Positions 35,838 to 50,201 of a stretch of DNA of 64,000 nt are shown piece by piece (the first letter of the stretch is position 1; each line of letters begins with the position of its first letter). Both the position numbers and the translations under genes were made by a program. The notes beneath the pieces are model-generated. The model had not been told where the DNA came from, did no database searches, and worked only from the letters and a program-made list of their open reading frames with translations. The stretch is from Podarcis melisellensis (Eukaryota), in the NCBI GenBank assembly GCA_964234715.1, contig OZ174280.1; one strand, 5' to 3'.

Positions 35838-37657
35838 AATTAACATCTTCCTCTCATCTTCCGCTGTCTTTTGTTAAGAAACAACAACAACTATGCACCA
35901 CCCATATTCATTATGAGCTTACACTTTTTCTCTGTGCAGCAGAAATATTTTTCCCACCTACACCTATGCTGAGAGGGAAAAGGTGTCATTGCCTCTGAGA
36001 TAAATAATGGCATTTCAAAAAAGTAGGCCAGTCTCTGATGAATATGAATGCCTCTAGCACTGAGAAGACTTTGTATGCCACTAGCTTGCACTACATCACA
36101 TTGTGCAGTAAGCACATGCTACAATTCACTTGCTACTTTCAACATTGTGCTGCATATAGCTACTTTCAATATTGTGCTGCATATTGTTCCCAGGGCTGTC
36201 CGAATCTAAGTGGTGTCATTGTGTCCTTCGCCTCAGATAGCAAAATATTTCAGGCTGGACCTGGTTGCTCTTTCCATTGTTGCCTCACACAGGGGCTATA
36301 ACATTGTTTGTGGTAACAGCTAACTATTTCCTCGGTATTTCGGATAATCTCAAATGCTGGAATTTCAACATATAATTGTCATTCTTCCAGACTAGGTTAT
36401 GGGGAAAGTGTATGCTGAGTCATCCAGGGAAAAACAAGCTGAATACCCAACTGGTTTCACCATCATTTTGTTGAAAAAGTTGGGAGTTGCAGCTCTGTGT
36501 CAACATTAGTTATTTAGTTGGATTAATTGCAAGCTGGGATTGCTTAAAACCAAAAAATGTTGATGTTCTTCTGGTCAAAATAATAGAGAATCTGAACAAT
36601 TCAGTTTAACAACAAACAAACAAACTTGTATTCAGGGAATCTAGCCAAGTGAACAAAGTTTCATTGCATTAATACAGCTGGACATTTTTAGTTCTATGGA
36701 GGTCTGTTGGTTTCTAAAGGGGCCTTGACCTTGCTGTCTTATCAACTGCCTTGTTTCTTTTCTGATAAGCAGTCACTCTGACATCTGTTCAGCACACATG
36801 GGCTGTTCCCTTGAATACGGCAACCCCCCTTCTCATAACCATGATGAAATTGCCTTCTGGGTTGTCACTGGCATTATCTTTGTTTATTGGCAGAGTTGTT
36901 TTTGTAGTGTCAGAAATGGCAGATTGATGGCCTTAGCTGAAACAGGAATGAAACAAAATTGAAGAGAAATAGCTCCTCTTTCTATACATTCAAATTTAGG
37001 AAGGAATCCCAAGGCTCAGATGAACTTAGATTTGTTGATTTTCTTTATTTTAATTCACTTAATTGCAGAGTATTGGTTTCTAAGCATATAGTACTTAGAT
37101 ATGAAAGAGAAGTGGGCTAGCCTAACAGGAACCATTGCTTTGCAACCCTTTATGGACCTGGTCCTGTATAATGGTGGAACAGTGAGGGAAAGGTTTATGG
37201 AAACTTTCACTAGCCCTGTACGGATGTCCCTTAAGCTGTGCCCACTCTGCATACCCAATATTTGATCAACCCAGCACTTTGATCAGGGCATGTGCACATA
37301 AACAGCCTACATGCAGAGACTCATGTGTCATACTCTCCAACCATGTGTTCCATACACATGCTTTTTGCTCTGTACAGGTTGTGTTATTGGGATGTCTATT
37401 GAGATGTAATTCAAGCACACATAGATACCAGGTGGCCAAAGGGTCTGGGGTCTGTCACTGCTATTGTGATTCCCACCTACCCTCTTGCATTCCAAAGGAA
37501 CTAATGGAAGTATCTATGGGTTTAACTTTGATTGCCCTCCTACTCATTGCATAGCACGTGGTTAACTTTTATCATTATGTAGGGCAGATGACACTGGAAC
37601 TTGTTATCCTCTGTATTCAATACCTGATTAAATATAATGCATGTTGATAATCCTATA

Positions 37658-37884
37658 GGGATTATTCAACTTTGCAATAACATTCCATCAGTGCAAGCAT
37701 TTCTGCTTGCTCGGCAGAACAACCTCCCTTCTCCTCCCCCAGTGTGCTGTTCTGGGGGATCTCCTGACCCCACAGAGCCAATTGGGAAGGGGCAGGAAGG
37801 AGGAGAGAGGCACAAAGTTCCATTGCACTAATGAAAGTCCTTGTGCAGGCTTCCACCAGCAGAATCAGTTAATTAAATCCAGCC
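37658..37884. mobile_element. Old MITE (gggctggattcaactaa family)
   Basis: Degenerate inverted ends gggattattcaact / agttaattaaatccagcc. The body resembles 5384-5888. Confidence 0.5.
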
Positions 37885-38278
37885 TTTAAGTGCCCTGTAC
37901 ACCTTGTTCTGGAAACTCCTGCAGCAAACTGGTGCAAAAGCTATTGCTCTGCTTTCCTTTGGACCACATCAGTGAGGCCAAAATGGTGGTCTTGTCATCT
38001 GAGCAGCCCAGGACCTCCATCCACACTGCCCAGCCTTGCACCCCGAAGAAGTCACTTCAGTGCTGTTAACGCAGTGATTTGACTTCACCCCTGGAGGTGC
38101 ACTCCATTGTCTCTCGAGACAGAAAGATGCCAACACCAATAGAGTCTTATACGTAATACTTTTAGATTGTGAATGTTTCACAGAGTTTGCCTATAGCCTA
38201 TATAATTTCTTTATTAAACTTGGGTTTATGCTTTTATCTACCAGTGTAATATGTTGAAGCCACCATGGCCCTTTCATA

Positions 38279-38641
38279 AAGGTAAAGGCACCCCTGCCCA
38301 TGCGGGCCAGTTGTGTCCAACTCTAAGGTTGTGCGCTCATCTCACTTAAGAGGCCGGGAGCCAGCGCTGTCTGGAGACACTTCCGGGTCATGTGGCCAGC
38401 GTGACGAAGCTGCTCTGGCAAGCCAGCACCAACGCAGCACACGGAAACGCCATTTACCTTCCCGCTAGAAAGCGATACCTATTTATCTACTTGCACTTAG
38501 GGGTGCTTTCGAACTGCTAGGTGGGCAGGAGCTGGGACTGAAAGACGGGAGCTCACCCCACCGCGGGGATTCGAACTGCCGACCATACGATCGGCAAGTC
38601 CTAGGCACTGAGGTTTTACCCACAGCGCCACCTGCGTCCCC
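38279..38641 (-). mobile_element. Full-length Sauria SINE
   Basis: The minus strand starts gggacgcaggtggcgctgtgggtaaaacc with B box gttcgaatccc and ends in a (CCTTTA)-like tail. It has a perfect 13-bp TSD TGGCCCTTTCATA (38266-38278 and 38642-38654). Confidence 0.95.
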
Positions 38642-39073
38642 TGGCCCTTTCATAGGTCACAACTAATTTCTGCCTAGGTGCACAAATCCCCCCCCCCCAA
38701 TGTCAAAGAAGATTTAAGTAAAAAATAATAATACCAAAATAACTGTTTCTGTTTTAGTCACCAGGTGGCAACAAACAAACGTAGAACACCCAAAGGCATA
38801 CATTTTGCAAAACTGATTTATGGTCCCAGTTGTATCTATTTAAATCATCTCTGTTTTTATTGTAGCAGAGTAGGAACCAGTTGCTGAAATGTATTATGTT
38901 TATTTAAAGTTATTCCAGGAGCAAATCTTCCAGACATTTTTGCCTGTTGGAAATTGTACTAGTTTCGGTACCAGGATTCTGATCTTGGGAGCTGCTAACA
39001 GAACAGAGAATATACAGAGAATAATAGTTGTAATACCAGGATGCTGATTGAAGATGCTGGTGAGAGGATAGGG

Positions 39074-39074
<1 letters not shown>

Positions 39075-39120
<46 letters not shown>
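39075..39120. repeat. (CA)n microsatellite
   Basis: About 23 units. Shorter CA/GT runs occur at 23302-23325 and 27057-27087. Confidence 0.95.
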
Positions 39121-39122
<2 letters not shown>

Positions 39123-41914
39123 CTCATCTTCTTCAGTATGCCCACTGTAACCAGCAGAGTAGGCACATGTGCATTGCCAAAAGAGAGGAAATACATCACA
39201 AAACGGAGGGCGAAAAAGGACACAGATTTGCCCAAAATGTGCATCTATATGAATAGATGCAAATTTAGAAATACGGTAATGACTAACATTTAAATAGAAA
39301 TGCAACGCACCACATAATACTGCAGAAGACTGTGTCTGGGTGATTTGTGGGCCATCTGTGTCTGCTGTCCACGTGCTAAAATTGCCAACTTTAAACCAGT
39401 CTTGGACCAGACAGGCCTTCAAATGGATTGCCCTCTGTCTCATGGGGCAAATGACCATGAAGAGGAAGAGAAGAAGCAGCAGTAGCTGCCACTATTGTCT
39501 GGACTATGAAGATGGAATGTGAGAATCTTGCCCAACCCCTCAACTAAGAAAGTTCCACACTTATACTATATTTATGGCTGGACTCTCTGCCCCCAGCAGA
39601 GTCCTTGTGCATTTTACAGCTATGTAACAGGCAAAAATTCAACAGGCAAAACTTTATTATTTCCAGGGCATGGGACACTACCATCTTAATTTCTCTGTGT
39701 CAACCTTCACTTGATACCCTCATACCTAACCAGTGAGCTATTTATTCTGGGAGTTGGGGTCTAATAACATTTGGAGGGCATCATCTTGGGGAAGGCTGTT
39801 CTACATCATGTAGGTCCTACAAGGTACAGGAGGCCTGTTGTAAACTTGGGTTGGTTTTGAAATATCTTTGAGGAGCACAAACTACTGGTCTCTGGTTCTA
39901 GCTAAGTACTGCATACACATAAATCCGACTCTGACATACTTGTTAGCTCCTGAATACAACTGGATTACGATAATGACGATGGGAAAAACAGAATTCAGGT
40001 GTGCTTGAAGCAGTCCTATTCTGTACCATATGATGCTGCAAGAACAATGGGATCTGATTGGCATAGCTGAGTCTCTCTAATTTATTGACTAAGCACCCTG
40101 CCGCGCTGGTGCAGTTGTTGACAGTCTATTACAGCAGCTCTGCAGCCTAGCTGGAAAGAGCCACTTCTGTGCACACTTCTGTGTGAAGTTGCTTGCCCAC
40201 AGTGAAGCACAGAAGCCTTGTGTAAGAGCTGAGATTTGGCCCATGATGAATAGATCCCTATGCTGAGTGGTCTGAGAAACAGACAGACAGCTGTATAAAA
40301 GCAAGGTTAGTCAGCAGGGCTAGCAAAGGCAGGAATGCTTTCTTGGCAAGCCGTACTAGACCCCAAGGGTCAGCTGATTTTCCGTCTAAAATGCTAGCAA
40401 TTTCAGTCAAGGCGCAGACTTCATATTGTGCTAAAAACAGACGATTTCTCGCCCAATTTCAGAGCAATATTCATATTCATATTAGCTAATGCTGAGAGCT
40501 CAGGTGACCCACTAATCTGAGAGACATTACAGGAAGCAGCAAAAGTCTTGTGCACAAGTGAGTCAGTTTTTTATATTTCCACCCAGAACAGGGCATCTCC
40601 CTCTGACAGTGGAAGGTTCGGGTGCAATGGCATCTCATCTCTTCCATAGGGCAAGAAGGGTCAGCCTTTTATGCTCATAAAGAGAGATGTTGCAAAAAGC
40701 TCCCCTTGTAAATGAAATGTATCTGCATTCATATATACTGTGGGTGTTTTTCATGTCCAAAGCTGTCCTCACATTGGCTGAGGCTCAGATTGGTACACAC
40801 TATGATCCTCCCTCAGATACAGAAAAGGTATCACACTGGCTGCCCACTCCCCATGATTAATGTGCTGGCCATACACCCTACCAGTCACATATTTTCCATG
40901 TTCTGTTTAGCAGTCCTGCATCTGTACATGGCCATGGTTCCTCCACATTAATGGGAATTTTTATTGATCCAGGTTTCCCTACATGAGGGACCAATAAAAT
41001 GATGTGCATGTAGAGCTTGGTCACATGAACTGCAAACATGGGAGCCACAGACATGGTTGATGCAGAACGGTGGCACAAGCTGGCTTGTCCCCCTCAGGTA
41101 TGCTTTTAGCATGAGTGGATCTTCATGGGAACACCTATCTAGCCTGTCCTCCACCCCTTCCCACCCTTGGTCCATTTCTTTGACCCAATTGTGTCTGCTG
41201 TAGCAGCCTATAATCTCAAATAAAAGAGGCTCTTCTGTGCAGACCAACAATGAATATAGAAAGTCCTGTCCTTCATATAAAGGGGCCCATAAATTGCAAA
41301 CGGATCTACAATTCAAATTTCGTTATCCTACACTTGTAAAGAGATCGGAGATACCTGAGCAAATGAAGAGGCTAAATAGCCATGTCATTGCTTCACAGGC
41401 AGTGCCTTGTTTCTGTAAATAAAGTGCATTACACAGGGAGATGGGGGTGAGTCCCAGACTGTGCAGCAAATTACTGTGCTGTGTTTTTCATTTAAATAAG
41501 TTAAATACACTGGGGGCAGCTGGAATGGCAATTACAATTACACTACCCATTAGGACCCATTACATTACATTAACCCAAGACCTCTCAGGTTCCCCACAAA
41601 CTTATAGAGGCAGAAAAGCAGTTTAACAGCAGTAACTTGCAGATTAAGTAACTATCATTATTCAGCTGATATGTTATTTAAAAAATATTTAGGAGGTACC
41701 TAATTACTATTATTTTATGGATGGGTGACCATACATATTGCAGTTGCCAAATTAGGAGAGTAGAATTTCAATAAATATTTCCTAACCAGGTCTAGCAGAA
41801 GACCCCACATTAACCTTATCATTGCCTCTGCCAAAGAAGAAGCCAGGAGTTCAATCTAAAGACTGAATCATTTATTCCTATAATATCATAAAATCCATAA
41901 AATTTACTTTTATT

Positions 41915-42900
41915 GTTACTATTTATTAAATGTGTGTGCTACCCTTCAACATAAAAATACAAAATGAGAACACAAAATACGCGATAAAAACAAAAACAAA
42001 CTAATACACCCCCCCAAAAAAAGCATTTACCTGTAAAAGGCTATACATTGTTTAATTAGCCAAAGGCCTGTGAGAAAAGGAATGTTTTTGCCTGGTGCCT
42101 AAAGACATGTAAAGAGCCTCTCTGGGGAGAACATTCCACAAACGGAGCCAGCATAAAAAAGGCCCATTCTCTTGTTGCCATACTCTGGACCTCTCATGAA
42201 AGGGGCATATAAAAAAGGGCCTCGGATGATGATCACAGGGTCTTAGCTGGTTCATATGGGGAGAGGCTGTCCTTGAGGTATTGTGGCCCCAAAACCAGCA
42301 CTTTGAATTGGGCCCCAAAACTAATCGGCAGCCAGTGCCATCAGGTCAAAATCAATGTAATATGTCCAAACTATCTTGCCTTTGGTCTCCAAATCCTGCA
42401 ACAGCCGAAATTTCCAAATCGTCTTCAGTGGTAGCCCTTCATTGCAGTAATCTAGTCTAGAGATTACCAGAATATAGACGACAGAAGTTAGGCTATCCTT
42501 GTCCAGATAGGGGCACAGCTGGGCTTCTAGCCAAAGCAGTGCCATTGAGACCACCTGAGCCTCAAGTGACAGCAAAGGACCCAGAAGTACCCCAAGGCAC
42601 ACACCTGCTCGTTCAGAGGGAGTGTAACCCCACCAGGAGCAGGCAACCTCCCATCCTTCCAGTCTAGGGAACCACCCACTAACAGTGCCTCAGCCTTATC
42701 TGGATTGAGCTTCAGTTTGTTGGCTCTCATCTAGTCCATTACTGCAGCAAGACAACAGTCCAGCCCATCTAGCTCCACACCTGCAGATGTAAAGGAACTT
42801 GAAGTGCATCTAGAAAATCAGCTTCCTCCAAGAGTGCCTAGATCTGGTCCATGATCATCCACTCAAGAACCTTCTCCAACAGGGGAGATTGGCAACTGTC
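41915..42900 (-). mobile_element. Older L2-clade LINE, degraded with internal deletions
   Basis: Minus-strand translations MRANKLKLNPDKAEALLVG, CPYLDKDSLTSVVYILVISRLDYCN and LWNVLPRE. Confidence 0.85.
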
Positions 42901-44051
42901 CAGTAGGGGTTGAATTAACTATATCAGCTTCAAATTGGCATAGATTATAAAGAGGGTTTGGAACTTTGGATCCAGCTTTGCTCCACTTTTCCCCAGGCTA
43001 CATCTGGCAAAAATACTGACATTTCTAAATCTATGTTTTGAGGTCTTTTTTGAGGATGTGATGCTTCTCTCTACTGGCAGAGACACACTTCTGCCCCATC
43101 CTAACTAACTCCATCCAGTGAAACTGGGGATTAGGATTGCTCTGTAATATCTGATCTTGTTACATTTTATTGAGTTCAAGTGGAGTACATCTGTCTAAGT
43201 ATAATTATTTTGATTTTACTGCTTGGGTATTAAATTGATTGATCATTCACAATGAACTGGATCTGGCCACATGTTTACTAGCTGTGTGTGTAGGTTTTTG
43301 TTTTTTGTACAACTGAGGTCCAAAGCATCTTGTCCAAAAAAGTCTAATTAAGGGTATTAAACACAAGAGGTTGTTACAAAAATGATTGTGACATTAAAAA
43401 GGAATACTGAATTTCACTGCAACTAAAAATGGGAAAGAAATTGAAAAAGACAGAATTAAGTTTCAGGTCTCGTGGGGTGCAATTTCACGCTTACTTCCAT
43501 TTAGTGTGTTATTTTATCCCATGTCATAATTATTATCTCATAATGTAATAGAAATGTAATAACAAAGAACTATAATATCGTTTCATATCATGGTTACGCA
43601 GTATTAATTTCACTTGGCTTCACTGGGTAACCACCCTTCAGATGCACTTTTTTTCTGTAATTGACATGATTTTCTGTCCATCTACATCTAAATAATGTTA
43701 AAGTTTCCTGCTGCACCAAATTTCTAAGGAATTTTATAGATGATCACTAGCAGGAATCCTTTGGACCTAGGTAAAAAACCATCACAACCAGCTGTGAAAT
43801 GGTTCAATTCCTAAATGGATACTGACCCTTATACCACTTCATTATTTGAAAAATATGCTGGCAGGATGCTGCTTCTAGTTTTTTAAAAGAAAAACAACAA
43901 GAAGATACAGAGGGGCCTTGAACAAATAGAACAACTTTATTAGATACAACCCAGAGGATGTTAATGGAGAATAACCTAGGTTAGCATCATATATGCCCAA
44001 GTATAAAGCTAGTCCGGTGCCTTTAGATTGAGCGCTGATTACTCCTAAGTA

Positions 44052-44220
44052 CCGTATTTTTTGCTCTACAACACGCACCTGACCATAACACACACACAGT
44101 TTTTAGAGGAGGAAAATCCGTAGGCATGCCACCCGTAGGCATTTCCTCCATAACACGCACAGACATTTCCCCTTATTTTCTAGGAGGAAAAAAGTGAGTG
44201 CTATGGTGCAAAAAATATGG
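44052..44220. mobile_element. Tc1/mariner (pogo/Tc2-like) MITE
   Basis: TIRs ccgtattttttgc / gcaaaaaatatgg with TA on both sides, and internal repeats cataacacgcac and aggaggaaaa. Confidence 0.8.
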
Positions 44221-47200
44221 TAATTGCTTGCCTGACAAAATACAGTATAGCATTCTCTAGTTTACAGCAACCTATTTATGGTCCAACCGTGTGTGTCTGC
44301 AAGCATGGCTCTAGCCGCGAACCTGCAGATGATCAAGCTTAACTTTCTGCATCAAGGAAATCACAGAAAGCAAAGCTGCTTTGAAAAAAAGGACCCTATT
44401 GTTTATAGAAACACGAAAAGTCTATGCAACACAATATATGGATTTTTAAGGAAAACAGACCTTTCATTCTTTCAGCACAATCCCGACAAGCCCAACAGCA
44501 GGCTTGAGATTTTACAAAGCCAGCTAGAAAAGCACCAGGCTGTCAAAGCAATTTTCCAATGGGGACGGTGAAATTAACACAGTGGCTTTTTTGAAACCTC
44601 TAATGCTCGGAGAACCTTGGGGATATAACATGCCCTTTCCAATGTCAGCACCACATGGAGGGCACTCGAGACAGCGCTGATGAAGTTGGAAAACCTACTG
44701 AAAAAAGACCTACAAGCCTGTTACACAACAAGGAACTGCCTGTCATAGACATGTCTAGAAATGTCATAAAAGTTTGGTCCTGGTTGTACCTACTGCATAC
44801 TAGTTGGCTGGCTGTTTCTAGGGTAGATCATAGTCATGTTTCTTATGAACCATACCTTCAGAATGAAAAGGTATATATGACCTCACCTGTCATTCAAAGT
44901 CCTAGAAAAGTATTAACAGTGGATTCTGCTGAAGATAGAAACTAGGTCCCTAAACACTTGTTCACACAAAGCCCTGCCTATTATACTGTCAGCTATATCC
45001 AGTTATACTCAGTTATGATGTGTGCAGATTTCAGAAAACTACTTCGCTCTATAATCTTGAGGGGGACTGGGCAATTGTCACATAGTTACTTCTTCTGGAA
45101 AGGTCAATTGCATGCCTAGACGGTTCATTCTAGGTTAGTTCTGAGCTGGCAAAACCCTTTGTGGTTTCTCCTCTATAGAAAGTGGCAACGAGAGCAGAGT
45201 GTGATTCACCACTTTCCAAGTGCCTTCTCATTCAGTTCTATTCAGTTATAGGGCTTATTCAAGAGACTGTGTTCATCAGAAGCCACATCTATTTCATCAA
45301 GACACACCAGACAGTATCATACAGTGCCCTACTCAAAATTGTCCCATAGTGCCACCACCACCAATACATATTTTGAGAAGCTAGTGTAGGATAAAGTTAC
45401 TTTTCATACCTGTATTGTAGGGATCAGAGATGCAGAAATAGCACATCTAACTCCCTGAATTAGATCCACATGGCCATCTCTTACATTTTCACTGCCAGTA
45501 CATAAATCACAGAGCACAAGTATCAATTACTGATATTACACTGCCTAATTCTTCTTAAAATTCTCTCTGAAATCTTGCCCATAGTTTGGAAAGGACTGGG
45601 TCTCCCCAATTTTCAGATGAACAAGTTTCTACTAACACAAGAGTGAATAAAATATGAGAGTTAGCCAAAGGCAATACAATATGAGTAACATCTGGAACTA
45701 GAAAACAAAAATCTCAGATATTTTCAGGGAAAATAATCTTAAAACAGAAGGCTTTTTGACCACCAGATCAATGTTAATGTGGAATGCTTGAGGCAATACT
45801 AGATAAAGTAGTTATGCGAACAGATATCCGTATCTCCATAAAAAACCACTAACACCTACAGGCTCCCATTTCTTTCAAACACCATAAAAGGCCCAAAGTT
45901 CCCCATAAAGAATCACTTCAGATAAATGGGAAGGTTAATACCTCTCTTTGTTTCCCCCCATTTCAAGTTGTTTTCTGCTTGATTGCCTTCTCTCTTTTAA
46001 AAGGCTACTATTTGCAACCTATGAATTTGCTCTCAGGTAGAAATTTCAAGCCAAGAAACTAATAGAAACATTTACATTTTGCATATAAATCTAAAGATTT
46101 CAGCCTGGAGCTAAACTTTAATCTCAGATTTACCCTGTTATAAATAATAAATAAAAATCATTCTTTTTACCATCTTGTTATCTTACAGTGTTTTGCCGCT
46201 AGTGTCAATATAATGTAATACATTTTCTTTTAAATGAATACATTTTATTTAAGTTTTGTTACTGTAAAAACTTAAGGTTAGTAATAAAAACATAGGGCTG
46301 TTCAGATTGTTTAAATCATTCCTCTACTAATTGTTAATCCAAGAAGGAGAAAAGAAATAGATAGTGTTTTTATCAGTACGTGTACATTTCTATTTTAGCA
46401 TTCAGTAATAGCCAGTCATTCTGACAGAGTCCTATACTAGTTAGAACACTGGAAGATAAGTAAGGTGATAATAAAGTGATGATTATATTCATAAGCGAAA
46501 GTGCTCATAAGCACATGATATATTATCAGTCAATCATAAGTGATGTATTTCCTAATAAACATTTCCAAAAGTCCGTTTCAGGGCACGGTTCGCGTTATGA
46601 ACCACCGTACTAATTCTTAACATTGGTATGTTATATACCTTTGGGAACAAGAGGCAAATGGTAGATTAATCTACCTGACATGAACAGCAGTATACCTCTC
46701 TCCTCCAACCTGAACACCTCATTAGGTTGACACCTTTCTTAAGATATGTTGCAAAGTGTCCATTCACAGTACCACATCCACACATTTCACTCTTAGATCT
46801 GTATCATCCAAACAGTTAGCCTAATGACATCTTCACATTATTTGGTGCATAGGAGACACGGCACAATCTTCCACAGAAAGAGAGCTGGTATCTTTGGGGA
46901 CCAGTCAATTAGCATTCCAAGCCTTCTGAGGATGGATAAGTTCACTACTGGGAGACTATCTCTCAGGATCTCAACATATTTGTAGGTAGAAGAGTCTGGG
47001 ATCCAGAAAGCCACTCTTTTAGCGTCACTTGATAATTTCCCTAAGAAATCAGTTATCAGGATACGTTTCACTTTCACAGTTGCCCAAAGAGAGGGAGGAA
47101 TGGGCAAGCCACAAGAAACAGGTGTTTTTGAAGTTTTTGAAGGTACTTTTGAAGTTACCTGGCACTGGTTTATTGTGTAGATAATACTTTTTATTTGTAT

Positions 47201-47651
47201 TAAATGAAACAAAATAGTCCACTACACAGAAGTCCAGCACAAGATGTCAGCTGCTGTGTACTCTTTGCATAGCTCAGCCTTCCAGAAGTGAGTTATTAAT
47301 TAATAAAGAAAATGTGTGTATCTGAAATCTGTGGCTTTGTGGTCTGCTTTTATTAATGCAAGATCCTTTCCCATATGGTTTCCTTCCCAGCTTGTTTAAA
47401 AAGGAAAAAAAAGAAAAACCTTGAAGCCTAGTCAGCACTGATGAGACACTCTTGGCCAATATAAAGTACCCCCCCCCCTCCAATGGCTGCAATTAAAGTC
47501 TCCCATCATTTTTTACCATTTAGGCTGCTGCTCCTGTAAATTCTACAACACCCCCCCCCCCCCAAAAAAAGTTTTAGGCTGCAATCATCAAGCACAATAA
47601 AATCCAGGTATTCTGCTTATTTGTTGGGCCACAAAACCTTTTACTCCTCTC

Positions 47652-47790
47652 CAGTGCTATTTTTTCTAGCAAAAGAGGTGCTGGAACTCACGTGTAACTC
47701 ACCTCCCTAATTCTCTTAGAATGGCAATGGTGCCCACTGGAGAGGTGCCGGAACTGAGTTCCGGAAAGTTCCGGCTGAAAAAAAGCCCTG
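47652..47790. mobile_element. Small hAT-like MITE
   Basis: TIRs cagtgctatttttt / aaaaaaagccctg and an internal repeat gaggtgc(t/c)ggaact. No TSD is evident. Confidence 0.65.
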
Positions 47791-49979
47791 GTCTCCAAGA
47801 CGTAGCAGGAATTGTCATAACTTTCTATGAGTTAAGGATTACTATAGTTTTAAAATGGCTTTGGAATGTGCTTCATTCCAGAATTAACAACACAGGCATG
47901 ATAATATGAAGAGTCTCAGCACCTATCACCCTGTCACCCAAAACAGCATATTTATAGCCTTTTACCAGCAGGCCTATGCACAGGCAACTGCAAGGTTGCA
48001 CTAGTCAATAAGGCAATGTAGCATATGGCCAATTCCACTCTCTCCAGGTTCCTGCGCTTTTCCCTCCACTGAGCCCAAAATCAGACCAGGAACCTGATGT
48101 GGCATAATCATGTTGCAGAAATGGAACTTATGCAAAGGATACAAGGCAAGAGCCAAATGTGTGGAACAGTAGATTAAATAAATCAGAGCAGAATCTAGAC
48201 CTCTGTTACAAGTGCTGACTGGGTAACCCACATGTGAATACAGCTCCAACAAGTGAGCTACATGGAAACTCAGGTGAGCCTGAAGTCACCGTGGCAACTT
48301 GAACACAGTGCTATCATGCTTTGGCCCAATTAGATCCTGCCGGCATCATAACCCTTAAGGAAGGATTAATCCCTGTCCCTTCACAAACTTCATTAGCATT
48401 TCTAAGGAAATGAAACAGGCATGTAAAACAATTGTAAGACTGGATATGCTAGGCCATAAATGTTACTAACACAAATATTTCAATCTGTTTACAAAGTGGC
48501 CTATTAAGTCCTTTTAGAAATCCACAGCCACAGCTATGCTCAGCTTCTGCCAAGCAATTCCAGCATAAACAAATGAAAGGCGGCTAACACACTTGTTTTG
48601 ACATTTACAAAGCCAAGGGTATTAGGGAGGCGGCAATTGCAAATAGATGCTCCACAGCAGCACATAGCAAGTGAAAAATGCAAATTGGGGGTATTCTGCA
48701 GCTAGAGCCAATATCAGCTGGATTACAGTAATTCATTTTGATCAGACATTACAGCTACATGAGGGCATGTTACAGAGAACTGGACAGGCACCATAGAAAA
48801 AAGCTTGCTCTTTTTCCTGTAATCCATAAGATGCTAAAGATTTACGGCTGGACAGGATATATAAAATACACAGTCAATTTTATTCAACCCACACAGATCC
48901 TGGACAGGTCCTGCGAGTGTTATCCCACATTTTCCACACCACACATTGAGCATAATGACTTTGACTGCATGAGCAGAACCAGTTAGAGGCACAGTAAGCT
49001 TAGCAAATATGTGGACTGCTAGGGTGGACTGCTAGGTCAGGCATGTGGACCCTCCAGGTGATACTGAACCACAGCTCCCATCATCCCCAGCCAGCATGGA
49101 CAATGGTCAGGGGTGACACCTGGAGAGTTCCAGCTTGCCCTAAGTTGCCCCTTCAAAATTTGCAAGAGGTGCAAACTATTTGCAAAGCCTGGATGAAGAG
49201 TTAGCATGAAATTCCTGGGGGTGGATTTGAAAAATATCCAGTTTACATCTCCCTGTATTTTTTTTTAAATGGATTCAGTGGCCATAACTCTCTCCAGACC
49301 CTGAACCTTCAACCCCACCTCACCCCATCAAATTAAGGTCCACAAGCAAGCAAGCAAGCAAAGTAGTACATCTATTTTTCAGAGGGGCTTTTGTTATGAT
49401 GTAAATAGAGCATTTGAAAAAATAAGCATGTGCTGCACCCTTACAAAGATGTAAAGTGGTGGGAAGGGCAGTTGAAATTATTAAGTTTCTCAAAGCAGTG
49501 TTTCAGCTGCACATATATTAGTCTCTGGTCTCTCCGGACACCCTGCTAAACTGCTTCACTAAGAACGCAATGAATGCCTTTGAAAGTGAGACTTGAGTTA
49601 TATCCCATGCAATATGTCCCCTTTCACAGCCAAGTCACTTGATTTAATAAAGAAAAACCTTATTTTGGACTCGCACTATTAGCTGGGGGGGAAAGAAGGA
49701 AAAGTCAACACGGTCAGTCAGCACCACCGCAAAAACTGAAATGCTAAACCCAGACAGCATCACAAATCCAAGTGTGCCCCCTTCTCTTGGACCCTTGACC
49801 CTTTCAATCCTTTTCTCAGACAAGAAGTAGCTGGAGGTTGCTCCCCATCCCCATAGCCTGCTTAATTATACACCCCCTCCCCTCAACCACTACTTAAGGA
49901 ACAATGCAGGCTTCTCTATTTCACTTTACATTAAGAAGACTTCAGCAGAATCATTTATGGGCTTGTATAGATTTCTAGA

Positions 49980-50201
49980 GGGCTTGTCCATACTTCCTCT
50001 TGTCCTGTGCCTAGAAAACATGGGTGTGAGTGGTTTTCCCCTTGCCCTCCTCTTTCCCCAGGGAAAACCCACTCTTTAGTGCTAAATCAGAGAAAAACTC
50101 AATTCCGAGAAAACCCAAATTGCTGTTTGCTCCAATTGAGTTCTAAAGATCAGTATACCCTGGGGCACAGCTGCAGGATGAGAGGAAGTGTGGATAAGCC
50201 T
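49980..50201. mobile_element. Palindromic MITE (PIF/Harbinger-like)
   Basis: TIRs ggcttgtccatacttcctct / agaggaagtgtggataagcc and internal inverted symmetry (tctttag..ctaaaga). Confidence 0.7.

Noticed and set aside
38900-39458. 182-aa and 114-aa ORFs with CVCVCV runs (also 11883-12287, 5561-5864 and 26889-27317)
   Set aside because: The frames are kept open by microsatellites and are not coding.
46838-47321. 124-aa minus ORF and CAG|GTAACT donor at 47159
   Set aside because: The acceptor is weak, the peptides are unrecognisable, and there are stops in the plus-strand alternative.
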